Assembly (NCBI GenBank): GCA_963783575.1 | Contig: CAWAOD010000003.1 | Span: forward strand, 96,001-160,000 | Direction of reading: 5' to 3' | DNA: 64,000 nucleotides | Origin: an uncultured Spirochaetota bacterium | Lineage (GTDB): Bacteria; Spirochaetota; Brevinematia; Brevinematales; JAOACQ01 | Shown: positions 63,827-64,000 of the stretch, in pieces | Position numbering within the stretch: the first letter of the stretch is position 1 | Layout of the letters: every line of letters begins with the position of its first letter | The notes under the pieces: model-generated | Told to the model about the DNA's origin: nothing | Databases searched by the model: none | The model's input: the letters and a program-made list of their open reading frames with translations, nothing else | Position numbers and translations under genes: made by a program

Positions 63827-64000
63827 TCAAAATTTCTTGATTTTAAATTCAAAACTGAAATCCCAGCCTAATCTTCCGATAAATAAAGGCAGGACAGTTA
63901 ATTCATAATATACCTTGAATCCGATGTAAAAGTTTCTGAAAACCGGTATTTGAATCCCGGCTCCAGCCGGAAAAGATAATCCCGGATAATTTATTAATAC
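63827..64000 (-). CDS. 3' end of a beta-barrel-like gene running off the window
   Basis: Open frame VLINYPGLSFPAGAG...WDFSFEFKIKKF*. Confidence 0.5.
   Translation of the reverse strand, partial: VLINYPGLSFPAGAGIQIPVFRNFYIGFKVYYELTVLPLFIGRLGWDFSFEFKIKKF

Overview
AT-rich bacterial genomic window. The many beta-barrel-like and lipoprotein genes suggest a diderm, possibly a spirochaete; this is inference only. The main contents are: (i) a TCA-cycle cluster (citrate synthase, lpdA-sucB-sucA, sucDC, sdhB/sdhA without a membrane-anchor gene, aconitase, fumC); (ii) a copper/heme sensing neighbourhood (two cupredoxin lipoproteins, a cytochrome P460-like protein, and a HAMP adenylate cyclase with a latent CxxCH motif); (iii) a Y1/HUH transposase of the RAYT type with its own palindromes; (iv) a four-subunit 2-oxoacid:ferredoxin oxidoreductase; (v) a yjdF riboswitch and its gene; (vi) a complete type I-C CRISPR-Cas locus (21 repeats plus 1 degenerate), preceded by a SWIM-finger gene and with a GIY-YIG nuclease gene between cas4 and cas1; (vii) a PMT-type glycosyltransferase, a PA14 protein, accA, PPi-PFK and envelope genes. 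The most striking unexplained signal is non-coding. A roughly 80-nt three-hairpin element occurs five times, with conserved loops and spacing and fully covarying stems, twice as divergent pairs. A second palindromic doublet family is tied to the GIY-YIG gene. About eleven genes carry single-base frameshifts, mostly in homopolymers, which most likely reflect long-read assembly error.
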